From the NCBI RefSeq assembly GCF_006345805.1, contig NC_043015.1, positions 25,854,001 to 25,918,000 on the forward strand: a DNA stretch of 64,000 nt, written 5' to 3'. The notes beneath the pieces are model-generated. The model made no database searches. It saw only the letters and a program-made list of their open reading frames with translations, and had not been told where the DNA came from. Both the position numbers and the translations under genes were made by a program. Every line of letters begins with the position of its first letter. Position 1 is the stretch's first letter. Of this stretch, positions 1 to 12,644 are shown one piece after another. This DNA is from Octopus sinensis (Eukaryota).

Positions 1-39
1 AATCTAACTGAATATATGTTTCTTTCTTTCTTTTTTTAC

Positions 40-370
40 TCATTTCAGTTGTTTGACTGCCGCCATGCTGGGGCGACGCCTTCAAGAATTTTGGTCGAAC
101 GAATCAACCCCAGTACTTATTTTATAAAGCCTATTATTTATTTATTGGTTACTTGTGCCTAACCACTAAGTTAAAGGAACGCAAACAAATGAACGGCGGA
201 TACGAAGGGGTTGTGGGGAACAAATGCAAAAGCACACACACATATATACGACGGTATTCTTTTAGCTTTTCGTCTTATATATCACGAGGCTTTGGTCAAC
301 CCGGGGCTATGGTAGAAGACACTTGCCCAAGGTGCCAAGCCGTGGGACTGAACCCGGGATCATGTAGTTA
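40..370 (-). mobile_element. tRNA-derived SINE (octopus-type), near full length, diverged
   Basis: The minus strand reads ..CCCGGGTTCAGTCCCACGGCTTGGCACCTTGGGCAAGTGTCTTCTACC.., with a B-box-like GGTTCAGTCCC at 344-354. The body is homologous to the copies at 50780-50995 and 57830-58050. Confidence 0.75.
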
Positions 371-399
371 TGACTAAAGTGATTCCTCCAGGATGTAAT

Positions 400-3300
400 T
401 ACTGTAAAATTTTAGAGGAAAGTCTCATCATGTTTATCGAGTCACATTTATCTCGACATGTGATCAACAATATGGCCAACGGGTCTGCTAGAAAGAACAA
501 CAAAATCTCTCCCAAATCCCTTTCTGTCATCTTAAATATAGGATTGATTGTATACTAAATTCCGGGTTACACTTTACTTGAAAATACGATGTGGCTGTAA
601 TGACTTTGGTTAAAGGTTTGCTCTTCCAGAGGCCAAACAACACCAAAAACAGAAACGACGATAGACAGAACAGTAAAACGACGCAAAAAAAAAATCAACG
701 ATTTAAAACATTGCAATCTTCTGCGGGGAAAGAACTGGGAATAATGTTTAGAGAGGGTCCAGTAAAAGGGTCACAAAATATAAGGGACTAGAACAAAGGA
801 CATTGTAGAAGTTGTACAGGGTGCGACAACCCCGACCCACGATTCAGAAAGCTTGATAAACATTCCCGCAGCAAAGGCACAAATGTGGACCAATTCATAC
901 CATGATTGTAGGTGAAAAAGAAAACAAAACAATAAAACAGTCCTTACACAAAAGCACCATTCCAATCTGCTCAACTTTACGAGCGACACACCAATATCCG
1001 TGTAAAACATAGGAAGTTTTTTGGTCACACTGTATAGAAAATCTAGAGATGTTATGCTTGAAGGTTAGAGGTTGGGGTGCGCTATGGAGTGATTTTATGC
1101 TAATTTATTGCCGGTTGATCTTATGCAAATAAGCTGATATCGATGTTAACAAATTCAGGAATTTTATTGTTCAGTGTCTGTTTATGGTCCATCTCTAAGC
1201 TATGATAACATTAATGAGATCAGAAAGTTTAATCATTGTCTCTCGACATTTTAGAAGCAACAGTTAAATCTTTCTCGATTCAACACTTTCGTTTTCACAA
1301 AAATAAGCAGAAAAGGAACATATTGGGTTTGATCCTAAATACATCATTTCTTAACTCAATAACTCTTCCTGGATCAGGCTTTACACGATCCGTGAATCTT
1401 CTGGAAATCACAATTAAATCTTCCTAAAATATTAGCGCCCTGATTCATTTTAGGATACGAAAGGTACAGAAAGAATATAATCTCAATAAAAGTATGGTGG
1501 TCCCGGATGGAATGCATGAGACAAATATAACTTCTCAATCGAGGTTGATTTGAAATTAAACATATCTAGCGTCAAAACAACATTTGGTCACTTTAAAAGT
1601 CTTTCTTTTTTTTAATTCGATGGATGAATTTTGAAGCAGACAAAGGAGATATTTGAATTGTAAATCTCAAAACCGAGAAGGACAAAGATATCTGGTCTAA
1701 TGGATTTAGTTGGGTGCTCTACTATATCTTTATGACAATAATTAAATATTTGTTTACTCAAGCAGACTGCCGACTGTTAAAAGCGGAGAAGGGAAATATT
1801 TCACATTTAACGCTACAAAAATTCGATTTGCGTGCTGGTGATTATTATGTTGATTGGATTTACGAATGAATGCCATACGTGTAAGATTATTAAAGAATAA
1901 ATTTGGAGCAAGGGTCATTATGAAAATTCATCGTTGTTGATATCGAATTGTTAAGAATACGTCTTTTGTGATCGAGTGTAAGTATGATAGAAGGCGTTCT
2001 AGACGTGACCATTCCATAGATCCATAGTTTTCTATAGAAACAACTAGTGTGAGTTTAATAGAGATATGGCTTGCGTTCTCAGCCGTCCTTATATCGTTTA
2101 AAAGAGTCTAGAAGTCCGTCATTTTATCCCTATAGAAAACTGCAAGCTGGGAATTAGAGAAAATTTGACTGCTATTTCTAGTCATTGAGAGACTGATTGA
2201 GGATTGAATGGAACTGTGGTGTTCCGGGTGATACACAGCCAAGGGCACCAAGAAACTAATAAGATTATATTTTTCAAAATATACAAAATATAAAGTGAAA
2301 TTTCCTGTTTTATCTATTGGATAAAGAAGTATTGACTTCTATTTATTGGCCAAAATATATAAAGGGCTTTTTTAAAGTACATTTTAAAATTTAAACTCTA
2401 ATTAAACTGTACCATAACGTTTAAACTTACCTTAAGATAACCCATAGTATTAGACTTAAAGTGTGCTGTGATAAACAAAATTCACGGCCCACAGGAACCC
2501 TTGTTACTTCTGAGAATATAATTCCTATTGATGACTGGCCAGCCTCATACAGCCTGATGCTATCCAAGAGTTAACCTTGGAAATATTCGATTACAGTAAA
2601 ATATTTTTTTACCAGTATCCATGTTCAAAGTCTATAGAACTGAAATGACATCCGCATGGTTGACTGAAAATCATAGTTGATCATACAAGGTATGTTCGAC
2701 TGCGTGGCAAGGACTCACTCACAACCAGGACTACAATCACTACATATATTCCATAAAAAAACGTACTTTTACATCATTTCACGTCCTCTACACCACGCTG
2801 TTAGTTACTAAAATACTTCATCTAGCCAAGCCTATATGACAATTGTGTCTTCTTCCCTACCATATTATGAACTATGTGTCTTACTCGCCCTTCTCCACCA
2901 TTCGGAAATGCAATTCTTTGTAATTCTATTTTGTTTTCAGTTGGTAACTTACAAAATTTTAAAACTGAACATCTGTTGCATCAATTTGAATAGGTCTGTG
3001 AAAAGCTACGAAATCCATTGGTTCAAGTCGGAGTCTTTCTAGGGCTATAGTATCTAATGTTTATTGAAGATGGCAGGCTGTAAATAGAGGCCGAAATTTA
3101 GCTGCTATTTCCAGCGGTAGGATGACAGTTTAGAGGACTGTTTGAGTCAATGTCCAATGGAGCAGGTTCTATTTCTTTTTGTATGTTCATCAATTATAAA
3201 CTGTTCCGCGAAGGAAAGAAGAGCAGATTCCCTAACCTTTTCTTTTTCGGTGTACCGAGATCCTGACAATGGTAGAAAGAAGGGAGCAAGATAGTCTCCT

Positions 3301-3450
3301 ACGGCCATATACTAGGCCCGAATAATTGAAAAGCAGTAAGGGCCAAGTGTTGATAATAAATAGGGACTATGAATGAAGACAAACCCTCAAAAGTAACACT
3401 GTATGAATATAAAAGTAATCAGAGTCCTATATTCTACTCGTTGATGAAAA
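400..3450 (-). pseudogene. Highly degenerate L1/Tx1-like ORF2 remnant (APE + RT)
   Basis: Manual minus-strand translation gives LTAFQLFGPS..FIIDEHTKEIEPAPLD (~3320-3190; resembles APE NIYGPN/IIGGDFN). It also gives SNSQLAVFYRDKMTDF*TLLNDIRTAEN..SIENYGSMEW (~2150-2000; resembles RT QxGF..DNIR.LLN..EKAFDxVEW). There are many stops, and the boundaries are approximate. Confidence 0.4.
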
Positions 3451-5360
3451 CCGAACACGCGAAAAAAATTGCAACTCACCACCACCACCACCACTCAGTT
3501 TATTAGATCAAATTTCTCAGTGTAACAATTAACTTCTTTAGAATTTCAATTTGAAATTGCATTTTTAACACATTATTTAGAAGGTTTTTATCTTGCATAT
3601 TTACACTCTCTTATCAAATAATCTATCCAATACATTAACGTGCGAAAGTACTCCCCACCATCACACACCACCGAAGAAAAAAAAAAGGAATTCGCATTCA
3701 AATAAATTTATTTGCTTGTTGTACGTTATATTATTTATATATTTGGTTCTAAACGAAAATCGGAGTTGCAAAAAGAAAAATATACAAGAAAAAAAAAACA
3801 CAATCATAACCGTAATCTAAACCGTAATAAACAACTCAGTCATCTTTACAATCAACGACGCCACCTTCTGCGCCACCATGACAGACCACCACCACTACAC
3901 AATGACAATAACAGGGCTGCCAGAAGCAACAGGTTTACCAACAGCAGTAATATCATACTCAACACTACGTCTACAACACAATCACTAACCACAGCACTAC
4001 TACCTATACAGCTACCACTGACACAACCACTACCCAAACTAAACAGAAGCACTATCACTACCACTACTGATCATCAAGCGTACTATCAATGCCACAACAG
4101 TACTACCAACACTTAAACTAATATTGTAACTAACGCTAAACTACAACTACTATTAATACTGCTGCTGCTACTACTACTACTACTTCTACTGCTGCTACTA
4201 CTACTGCTACTACTACTGCTACCACTACTTCTATCAGCAGCACGAACACCATCCTCATCATTAACATCATCATTACCAACCGATCGAAATTAAAAGCAAA
4301 TAATGAATTTTAAAAATGAATTTTTTCAGAATTTAGTTTAAAAAAGGAAAAAAGAATGAAAAAGAGATTATTGAAAATGTCAAATTTTTCCCTTTGGAAT
4401 GTAATGACATTTCAGTTTGGTGGTTGGATAATAAGCTGAATTAGTAGCTTGGAATTGGAAGTAAAACGGAACTAAATGACAAAGACACTTTGCAAAATGC
4501 ATTGCAGTAATTTGCATATGTTTTTGAGGGTTTTATATTTTTATCTTGTGTTCTCATTCCTTTATTTAGCAATTATTGTTTTGATATTAAATTCTTGCAC
4601 GTCTTAAAGGATTCCTAGTACTGCTGAATAAATTAATCCTTCCTTCATTCATTTACAATACGACCTAGATTCTATTGGAATATCTTCTTAAGACACCACT
4701 TCTCATTGTTGCACGATTAATAGTTAGATTTCATTGATTGACTGGTGACCTTTCGTTAGACCTACAAAATGCTTTAATTGAGTTTAGCGATTTTATTTTA
4801 TTTCAGGTTTACCAGAATGGCCAATAAGTATGTTCTGCTATGACGTTTATGTATGTTTTCTTGTTTTTTTAAAATTTTATTTTGATAAGCAAACTTAAAA
4901 ACAAGAACGGCTTAGTTGAACTTATGACACCTAGAGCAAATCAAATAATGGAATGAAATAGAAATGAGAAATAAAGAATCTCTGGTGAGAAGAGGAGGGG
5001 TGGTGATACAGTGTGTAAGGCTGGTATATCGATCGCAATGGAGCATTTGATTATGACCGCAACGCAAAGAAACAGATGATATTTTGAAAAATAATTTAGA
5101 TAAAATGATTCTGAGAATTTAGGCTGACTTGTTTGCAATGTTTTGGTATCACAGAGTTTAAAGATTTGCCATTTAGAAAGAAATGGGTTCAGACCAACCA
5201 ATTAGCGAGGGAGAAGTTATGCTATTTACACATTTTTGTCTCCCAAATATATTCTTCGGCACATTTTCGAAGGAAATACTCCAAAGATTTAGATACTATA
5301 CACAACACGCGCACATATACATATATAGCGTATTATATGTGATATACATTGTACATAATA

Positions 5361-5411
<51 letters not shown>

Positions 5412-5998
5412 CTAAGAGACACCACCATGCCGAAATAGCACCCTTATTCTTAGTTGTAAAAAATTATTACCTTTGTATGGTATTTATTCCCATGCTGGCC
5501 ACTTGATAATATCGATATTTAAATATTGATATTATCCTTATTTATATATATATATAATTCGTCACTATATTCACTGTGGTGTTTATTTTGACCAAATCGT
5601 GCGGGCAATTTAACTGGCCTTGTACATACGTGCATATATATGTATGTATGGACGTTCGTATATGTAAGTATAACGTTTGTTCTGTGTATATATATTTGTA
5701 TTAATGTGCCCATCTGATATATTCAAATGATGAAGGCAGAGCTTATTTGAAGCAAAACTAGAAATCCAGGATCTTGAATTATTCAGTAATATCTTTTTGC
5801 TAGTCTATTTTGTCTCTCTGTCTTATCTCATGGTGCGATATGAACATTTAAGGTGGTTTTTAGAGTCAGGGATTTGACTGATATTTCGGCATGGTGGTGT
5901 CTCTTAGACACCCTTATTTTTAGATCTAAAAAATTATTAACTTTGTATGGTATTTATTCCCATGCTGGCCAGTTGATAATATCGATATTATCCTTATT
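5412..5998 (+). mobile_element. Penelope-like pLTR remnant (inverted arm + partial direct repeat)
   Basis: 5412-5437 is the perfect reverse complement of 5882-5907. 5439-5541 is a direct repeat of 5909-5998. (TA)n flanks both sides. Confidence 0.55.
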
Positions 5999-6019
5999 AA
6001 TATATATATATATATATAT

Positions 6020-6225
6020 TTAGTTAATCCAAACAAGAAAGCACAAAAAACACAACAACGCGAGGACGTGGAACAAATATAGTATTATTGGACGCTCAGG
6101 AAAGAAGGAAAGAAGGAGGGTGTAACGTTTCGAGCGGAGCTCTTCGTCGGAAACATAGGAGAAGGAAATATCCAGAGAAGGGAAGACAGAGGAAAAAAAT
6201 CGCCAACGGTACACACGAGGTCACA
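6020..6225 (-). mobile_element. Penelope-like pLTR fragment with minimal hammerhead-like motif
   Basis: Minus strand 6156-6117 reads GTTT CCGACGA A GAGC TCC GCTC GAAA CGTT ACAC. A more degenerate homologue lies at ~12430-12560. Confidence 0.6.
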
Positions 6226-6229
6226 TTTT

Positions 6230-6540
6230 GAAAGAGCGGAAGGAAATGGGTGAAGAAAGGTGTTTTCAAAGACAGAAGAGTAGTTCTGTCAAAGACAGGA
6301 GAATGGTAGTGAAGGAGGAATGTGTGTGTAAGTGTGGATATGTGCGTGCGCGGTGGTCTGCGTGTGCGTGTGTGTGTATGTGTGTATGTGTGCAATGATG
6401 ACACGTGTGTATGTGTGTGTGGTTGTGGCTGTTAAACAAAGCGTGTAGTAGGGCTAGTAGTGTGAAGGTCAAGGAGGAAGGAAGGAGGGAGGAAGAAGGT
6501 GTGGTGCCTTTTGTTTCTACCACAGGTCAGTACTGCTAGT
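6230..6540 (+). mobile_element. Helitron-like 3' end
   Basis: A hairpin TGTGGT..ACCACA is followed about 12 nt later by CTAG|T (CTAG at 6536-6539). Confidence 0.4.
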
Positions 6541-6789
6541 TTGAAGTATGTGTGTGTGCGTGTATGTATATGTATCGTGTGTGTGTTTTGTTTGTAGTGT
6601 GTGTGTGTGTGTGTATATGGGATGTATGTGTGGGTTCATTTGTGTGTGTGTGTGTGTGTATGTGCGTGCGTGTCGTATGTGCGTGTAGTTATAAATATAT
6701 ATATATATATATGTGTGTGTGTGTATGTATGTATGAATGTATGTATGTATGTATGTATGTATGTATGTATGTATCTATCTATCTATCTA

Positions 6790-6820
<31 letters not shown>

Positions 6821-6980
6821 ATATGTATATATGTCCGGCGTATGCGTGTGTTTGTGTTATCAATATTTAGCAGAAGCAACATAGTTACTCAATTTCCGAG
6901 AGTTTGGTAAGTGCTAATACACGAAATTGCGGGACCTTGATTTACTCTGCAATTCTGCTAAATCTTAATAAAAATATACA

Positions 6981-7300
6981 TCTAATATAATAAAAGGAAA
7001 AACTAATTTCTGTGTGTCAGTGTGTCACACTTACCCCCCCCCCCACCATCTAACACTATTCAATGCTACTCTTACTATTCCTCGTAATGGGGTGAGAGTT
7101 ATAGTAGGCATAGAGGAAGTGAGGGCAGTAGGGAAGACAGACTGAAAGAGAGAAAGAAAAAGAGAGGGAGAGAAAGAGAGTCAAAGAAATTTAGGGTGAG
7201 TTAGTGATGTTTTATTAAAGAAGTAGTATTGATGGTGGCAGTGTAAGTAATAATAAAAGAGAGAGAAAGAGTTGTTATGTGAGAGAAATAGTGAGAAGAT
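6981..7300 (+). mobile_element. Helitron-like 5' end (non-autonomous)
   Basis: A|TCTAATATAATAAAAGG..TGTGTGTCAGTGTGTC matches the A|TC start typical of invertebrate non-autonomous Helitrons. No 3' end was identified. Confidence 0.35.
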
Positions 7301-7562
7301 GTACAACTTTGTTTAAACATGTCTCTTTGACAGAAATTCCTGTCGCCAACATACTGAATACTATCATATTAGTGATGACCGAACCTCACCCTTCTTTTCA
7401 ATATTTTCCTCATCCTAGAAAAGTTCACCATCCCTGAACTCATGCTTCATTCCAGCAGCTATACAATGGTAAAAAACTAAATAAATAAAGGGTAAAAAGC
7501 ATTCCAAATCAAAATGAGATCTCTCCCCCTCCCTCTATCTACTCCTCTACCTATCTAACCTT

Positions 7563-8101
7563 ACAAACACTTTCCTCTCTGGTCAATCTCTCATCAACTT
7601 CTTCAAGTATCACTTGAAGAGGAAAGTGAGGGTAGAGAGGCAAGTTTTGTCTAGTGAATGTTTTAAAAAAAGATGGGTGAATGTAGGCAAGGATGGCACG
7701 TATGAATGACGAAGCCACCTTGACTATGATTCTATGAACCATAAAAATTAATACAGAGAGTTGCTTATTTGCAAAAAAAAAAAAAAGAAGAAATATAACA
7801 TGTGACTTCATTGACCGAGGTTACCGTGGTCTTTTCCGTAGGCTTTTCTTTCCACGGGTAAACCTCGCCTGTCCTCCCCTTTACACTTCATATTGACATT
7901 TCTGTGATAACGATCCCTATTATTCATTTTTTTTCTCTCCCCCCCTTTTTTTAACCCCTCCCTTTTTTTGTCCTTTTTCTTTCCTTTTACGATCCCTTTT
8001 GATCGAAAACCACCACTCTCTTTTTTTTACCCCCAAAAGAAAAGCTCTACCTTGTAATTTGTTCTATCTGTGTGCAGCCCTGTGTGGCTAATAAAGAAAC
8101 A
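7563..8101 (+). mobile_element. 3' end of an L1/Tx1-like LINE (ORF2 C-terminus + 3'UTR)
   Basis: Translates to TNTFLSGQSLINFFKYHLKRKVRVERQVLSSECFKKRWVNV, then after a frameshift ARMARMNDEATL*. A pyrimidine-rich UTR ends in CTAATAAAGAAAC followed by (TCTA)n. Confidence 0.5.
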
Positions 8102-8142
<41 letters not shown>

Positions 8143-8319
8143 CTATTGTGGTGGTGGTGGTCGTAACGAGGGTAGTCAGAGATGATGGTGATAATAAGTT
8201 ATGTGAAAGGTACTGGTAGTGGTGATGGGGTGGCGTCAGAAGTCTGAATAGTTTGTACATGGCAGTTGTTGTGGCGATGGTGATAGTACTGATGATGGTG
8301 ATGGTTGAAAACAATCAAC

Positions 8320-8374
<55 letters not shown>

Positions 8375-8584
8375 AAAAATTGCACTGATACCTGAATGAG
8401 AAGACAAAAAAATGTTTATAATGCAGCTTTGCAATAAGTTCCAAATCGACAAATTATATTATTGTCTTCATGAAAATTGTTTATTGCTTGAAAAATATTG
8501 GTTAACTTTAATAAAATTTAATATGTACTCAATGCGTGGAGTGTCATTGTTGGGCGCAAGGCCTAATGAAGCGCCCTCCATAGT

Positions 8585-8715
8585 CAGGCCGCTTATTTAC
8601 ATTTGACGGATATTTATCCTCATCTTGTTTGTTGTTAACACGTTTCAGCTGACATACCCTCCAGCCTTTCATCAGGTGTCTTGAGAAAATTTCGAACTGG
8701 GTTCTCATTCCTAAG
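8585..8715 (-). mobile_element. Penelope-like pLTR fragment with degenerate hammerhead-like motif
   Basis: The minus strand reads GACAC CTGATGA AAGGCTG gagggtatgt CAGCT GAAA CGTGTT. Confidence 0.55.
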
Positions 8716-8724
8716 ATATTTTTC

Positions 8725-8735
8725 GATGTTGTTGA

Positions 8736-8766
<31 letters not shown>

Positions 8767-8885
8767 CTTCTTCTTCTTCTTCTTCTTCTTCTTCTTCTTC
8801 TTCTTCTTCTTCTTCTTCTTTTCTTCTTCTTCTTCTTCTTCTTCTTCTTTTCTTCTTCTTCTTCTTCTTCTTCTTCTTCTTCTAT
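8725..8885. repeat. Compound (GTT)n(CTT)n microsatellite
   Basis: Directly visible; it is the source of the poly-E/K/R/T ORFs in the track. Confidence 0.95.
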
Positions 8886-8943
8886 TCTTATTATTTTATT
8901 CGCAAAGTATTCCATGTATATATATTTAGACATCCATTGAAAA

Positions 8944-9265
8944 GAACGCACTAGTATACCAATAAGAAACTTGATGGAAATGTTGACCTTCTGTGTAGAA
9001 ACTACCTACTTCATTATGGATACCGATATATATCGACAACAAGAGGGTTGAGCTATGGGCTCGCCATTATCACCGATAATAGCCTATATATACATGGAAT
9101 ATTTGAGAATTTGGTTTTAGGATCAACAGCACTAAAATGAAACCTGTGGCTGCGATAATTTGATGACACCTTCATACTCTGGCCCCACCAGGATGATGTC
9201 CAAGTGTTGTTAGATCATGTGATCTCAATAAAGCTGTCCATACAGTTCGTAATGGTAAAAATGCC
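8944..9265 (+). pseudogene. Penelope-like reverse transcriptase fragment
   Basis: Translates to ERTSIPIRNLMEMLTFCVETTYF..YRQQEG*AMGSPLSPIIAYIYMEY, then after a frameshift WLR*FDDTFILWPHQDDVQVLLDH..IQF. These match the PLE RT motifs G.AMGSPLSP and YVDD. Confidence 0.8.
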
Positions 9266-9630
9266 GAGCAGCCCTTCTTGTTTGCTTTCACTCTTCTATT
9301 TTTGTTACCAACTTTGACCCTCCGCAATATCTCAAATTTTATTTTATTTGCTTTCCGGGATCACCGGATTTGTTGAAGACTTATCCTGTCGTGAATTGCT
9401 CGAAATACGGAGTAGAAAAACATCCGACAACTGATGAAGGGTCATTTTTTATGTTGCTAGTCTTGTTTTCCATTTGTCTCTATCGTTGTTCCACAAAATA
9501 GTTCATATCCCATGTTTACGTATTTCATATTTCATGTTGTTTACGTTCTTCGACGTCACGTCCTGTACCCATATATGCATATGTATATACATATATATGT
9601 AAGGATGTAGATATATGTATTTATATATGC

Positions 9631-9639
<9 letters not shown>

Positions 9640-9662
<23 letters not shown>

Positions 9663-10244
9663 ATATACATATACATATATGCACACACGCACACACACAC
9701 ATACACATATATATATATATATGAATGAATGTATGTATAGGCATGTAAATTTATCTGTCTATATCTATACATATATGTACACGTCTCTGTTAACTATTAG
9801 AGTTTCTAGTCATTAGATTACTATAAATATTTTAATTTACCTTCTAATATAAATGCCACAAATTTTTGTTTGTTTAATTTCCTTCACATGAAATGTTGAA
9901 GTAAATGTTATTGGAACTCATTTTATCTAATTCTGCTTCCAATGCTTTTGTTGAGTTTACATTTCAATTTTGCAATATCGCTTGGAATATTTTGATCATT
10001 TAAAAAAAAATTACTTTGGTTATTGAATATATTACTAATGCAACTGATGATATATTAGCGATTTAGTTTTCGTATATTTGTGTATGTGTGTGTATGCGTG
10101 TGAGTGTGTCTGTGTGTGTACACATATATATATGTATGTATGTATATACGCATGTATGTATATGTATGTAAGAATATATGTACTTATATATATATAATTT
10201 TCCCATTATGTATATATATATATGTATGTATATGTATATATATA

Positions 10245-10298
<54 letters not shown>

Positions 10299-10874
10299 AT
10301 ATACATATACATATATGCACACACGCACACACACACACACACACACATACACATATATATATATATATGAATGAATGTATGTATAGGCATGTAAATTTAT
10401 CTGTCTATATCTATACATATATGTACACGTCTCTGTTAACTATTAGAGTTTCTAGTCATTAGATTACTATAAATATTTTAATTTACCTTCTAATATAAAT
10501 GCCACAAATTTTTGTTTGTTTAATTTCCTTCACATGAAATGTTGAAGTAAATGTTATTGGAACTCATTTTATCTAATTCTGCTTCCAATGCTTTTGTTGA
10601 GTTTACATTTCAATTTTGCAATATCGCTTGGAATATTTTGATCATTTAAAAAAAAATTACTTTGGTTATTGAATATATTACTAATGCAACTGATGATATA
10701 TTAGCGATTTAGTTTTCGTATATTTGTGTATGTGTGTGTATGCGTGTGAGTGTGTCTGTGTGTGTACACATATATATATGTATGTATGTATATACGCATG
10801 TATGTATATGTATGTAAGAATATATGTACTTATATATATATAATTTTCCCATTATGTATATATATATATGTATG

Positions 10875-10930
<56 letters not shown>
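9640..10930. repeat. ~646-bp near-identical tandem duplication
   Basis: The unique marker GCATGTAAATTTATCTG occurs at 9741 and 10387, and the whole intervening unique sequence is repeated. Confidence 0.9.
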
Positions 10931-10932
<2 letters not shown>

Positions 10933-11108
10933 TATACATATACATACATATATATATATATATACATAATGGGAAAATTATATATATATAAGTACATATA
11001 TTCTTACATACATATACATACATGCGCATATACATACATACATATATATATGTGTACACACACAGACACACTCACACGCACACACACACACACACATACA
11101 CAAATATA
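10719..11108. repeat. ~390-bp palindrome centred on (TA)n
   Basis: The arm at 10719-~10890 is the near-perfect reverse complement of ~10925-11108 (e.g. TTTTCCCATTATG / CATAATGGGAAAA). Confidence 0.9.
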
Positions 11109-11489
11109 TATATGTACGCATAATGTATGAAATATATGTACGCATAATGTTTGAAAAATGAAAATGAATAGGTATCCATGCAAATTTAGGTGAAATGTGT
11201 ATAATTATCGGATATTTTCATACAAGAAATTAATTGTTTATATATGTATTTATGCAGCTATTTACATAAGTGTGCATATACTGTAAATATCACTTTAGTA
11301 TCAAATCCAGACATAAATTTTTAGTTCAAAAATGGTACCAATCTATCTACCTATCTGCCTACCTATATATGTATCAATATGCACATGTATGTACGTGTGT
11401 GTGTGTGTGCGTGTGTCTGTGTTTGTGGGTGTGTGTGTGTGTATTTTTATACAGACGCACACACACACACAAATATATATATATATTAA

Positions 11490-12400
11490 TCGGTTTCGCA
11501 CTTGGGCTTCATCGGAGTGTTAGGTAACAGTCCAATTATGTAAACCTGCACTCTTCAGAGATGGGAGTCAGGAGGGTCGGAGCTGGGGGGATTGGTAATT
11601 ATAGCCACGAGAGGAAACGCCTCTCCGACCCTCCCACAATCACTGCGTGGGAATCCAGCAAAGAGCTTAATCAGAACATATATAAACGCACTCACACACG
11701 CCCTAACATGGGGGACATCGACGCAAGAGATCTTTTATCACCACCAACAATATAAGCCCCTGTTCATATTCCATGCATACATAAATGCCTCAAAGAATTT
11801 AACCAATTGTTTTAGCCAAAACATTAAAGGATTAAAAAAACACATTAACGAACACAGATGTGTATACGGCATTTGTCCCCGTAAATGTGTTGCTCTTCTA
11901 GTGCACTACGCCTATTCCAATTGTACAAGAACACCAACGCTAAAACAGATACACATTTCTCATACACTCGTTTACAGAAAACCGTTGTTGTCCCCAGAGT
12001 TAGTTTAGTGTATGTGTGTTTGTTTGTGTGTATTTGTATGTGTATGTGTGGTTGTGTGTGTTTGTGTACTTATATATATGTAGCAAAGGACATGAATGTT
12101 AACGCAACCCTTGCTCAGATAATTGCATCGTCTTTTTCACAACAACCACAAACTGGTCGTGTTTGTTCACCTCCAACTTCAGAGAGTAGTCGCTATATTT
12201 CATTCCATAAAGGAAATCTCTGAAGAGTGCAAGGTTACATGATCAGACTGTTAGCTAACACTCCGTTGAATCCCCTAGCCCGAAACCGACTTGTGGGATC
12301 GCCAAAATGGATATATAACGCTATACACTTCTATTAATATACCCACTCTACAGACAACTATACGAGTACATTTTTTCTGATTTATGGACTCTTTTACATA
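11490..12400 (+). mobile_element. Penelope-like remnant: inverted pLTR + GIY-YIG-like fragment + pLTR
   Basis: The reverse complement of 11490-11562 aligns to 12216-12289 (ATCTCTGAAGAGTGCA..ACACTCCG.TGAA..CGAAACCGA). KGLKKHINEHR..ALLVH at ~11815-11910 resembles the GIY-YIG R.L..R..EH region. Confidence 0.55.
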
Positions 12401-12587
12401 TATATATATATAATTATAATTATAAAAAGACGGAGAAAAGCACAGAAAAAAACAACAACGTGAGGACCTGGTATATGCAAAGTATTAATAAGACACTCAG
12501 AGAAGGAAAGAAAGGGTGTTTCACGTTTCCAGCAAAGCTCTGCTTCTGAAACAGGAGACTATGGACCTGTATGTTATTATACACACA

Positions 12588-12644
<57 letters not shown>

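Noticed and set aside
3712-4260. Thr/His-rich ORFs
   Set aside because: This is a degenerate ACT/ACA trinucleotide low-complexity tract with no consistent frame or splice signals.
9431-9445. Further CTGATGAAGG cores (9431 and 14114)
   Set aside because: Stems I and III cannot be completed; at most these are decayed pLTR debris.
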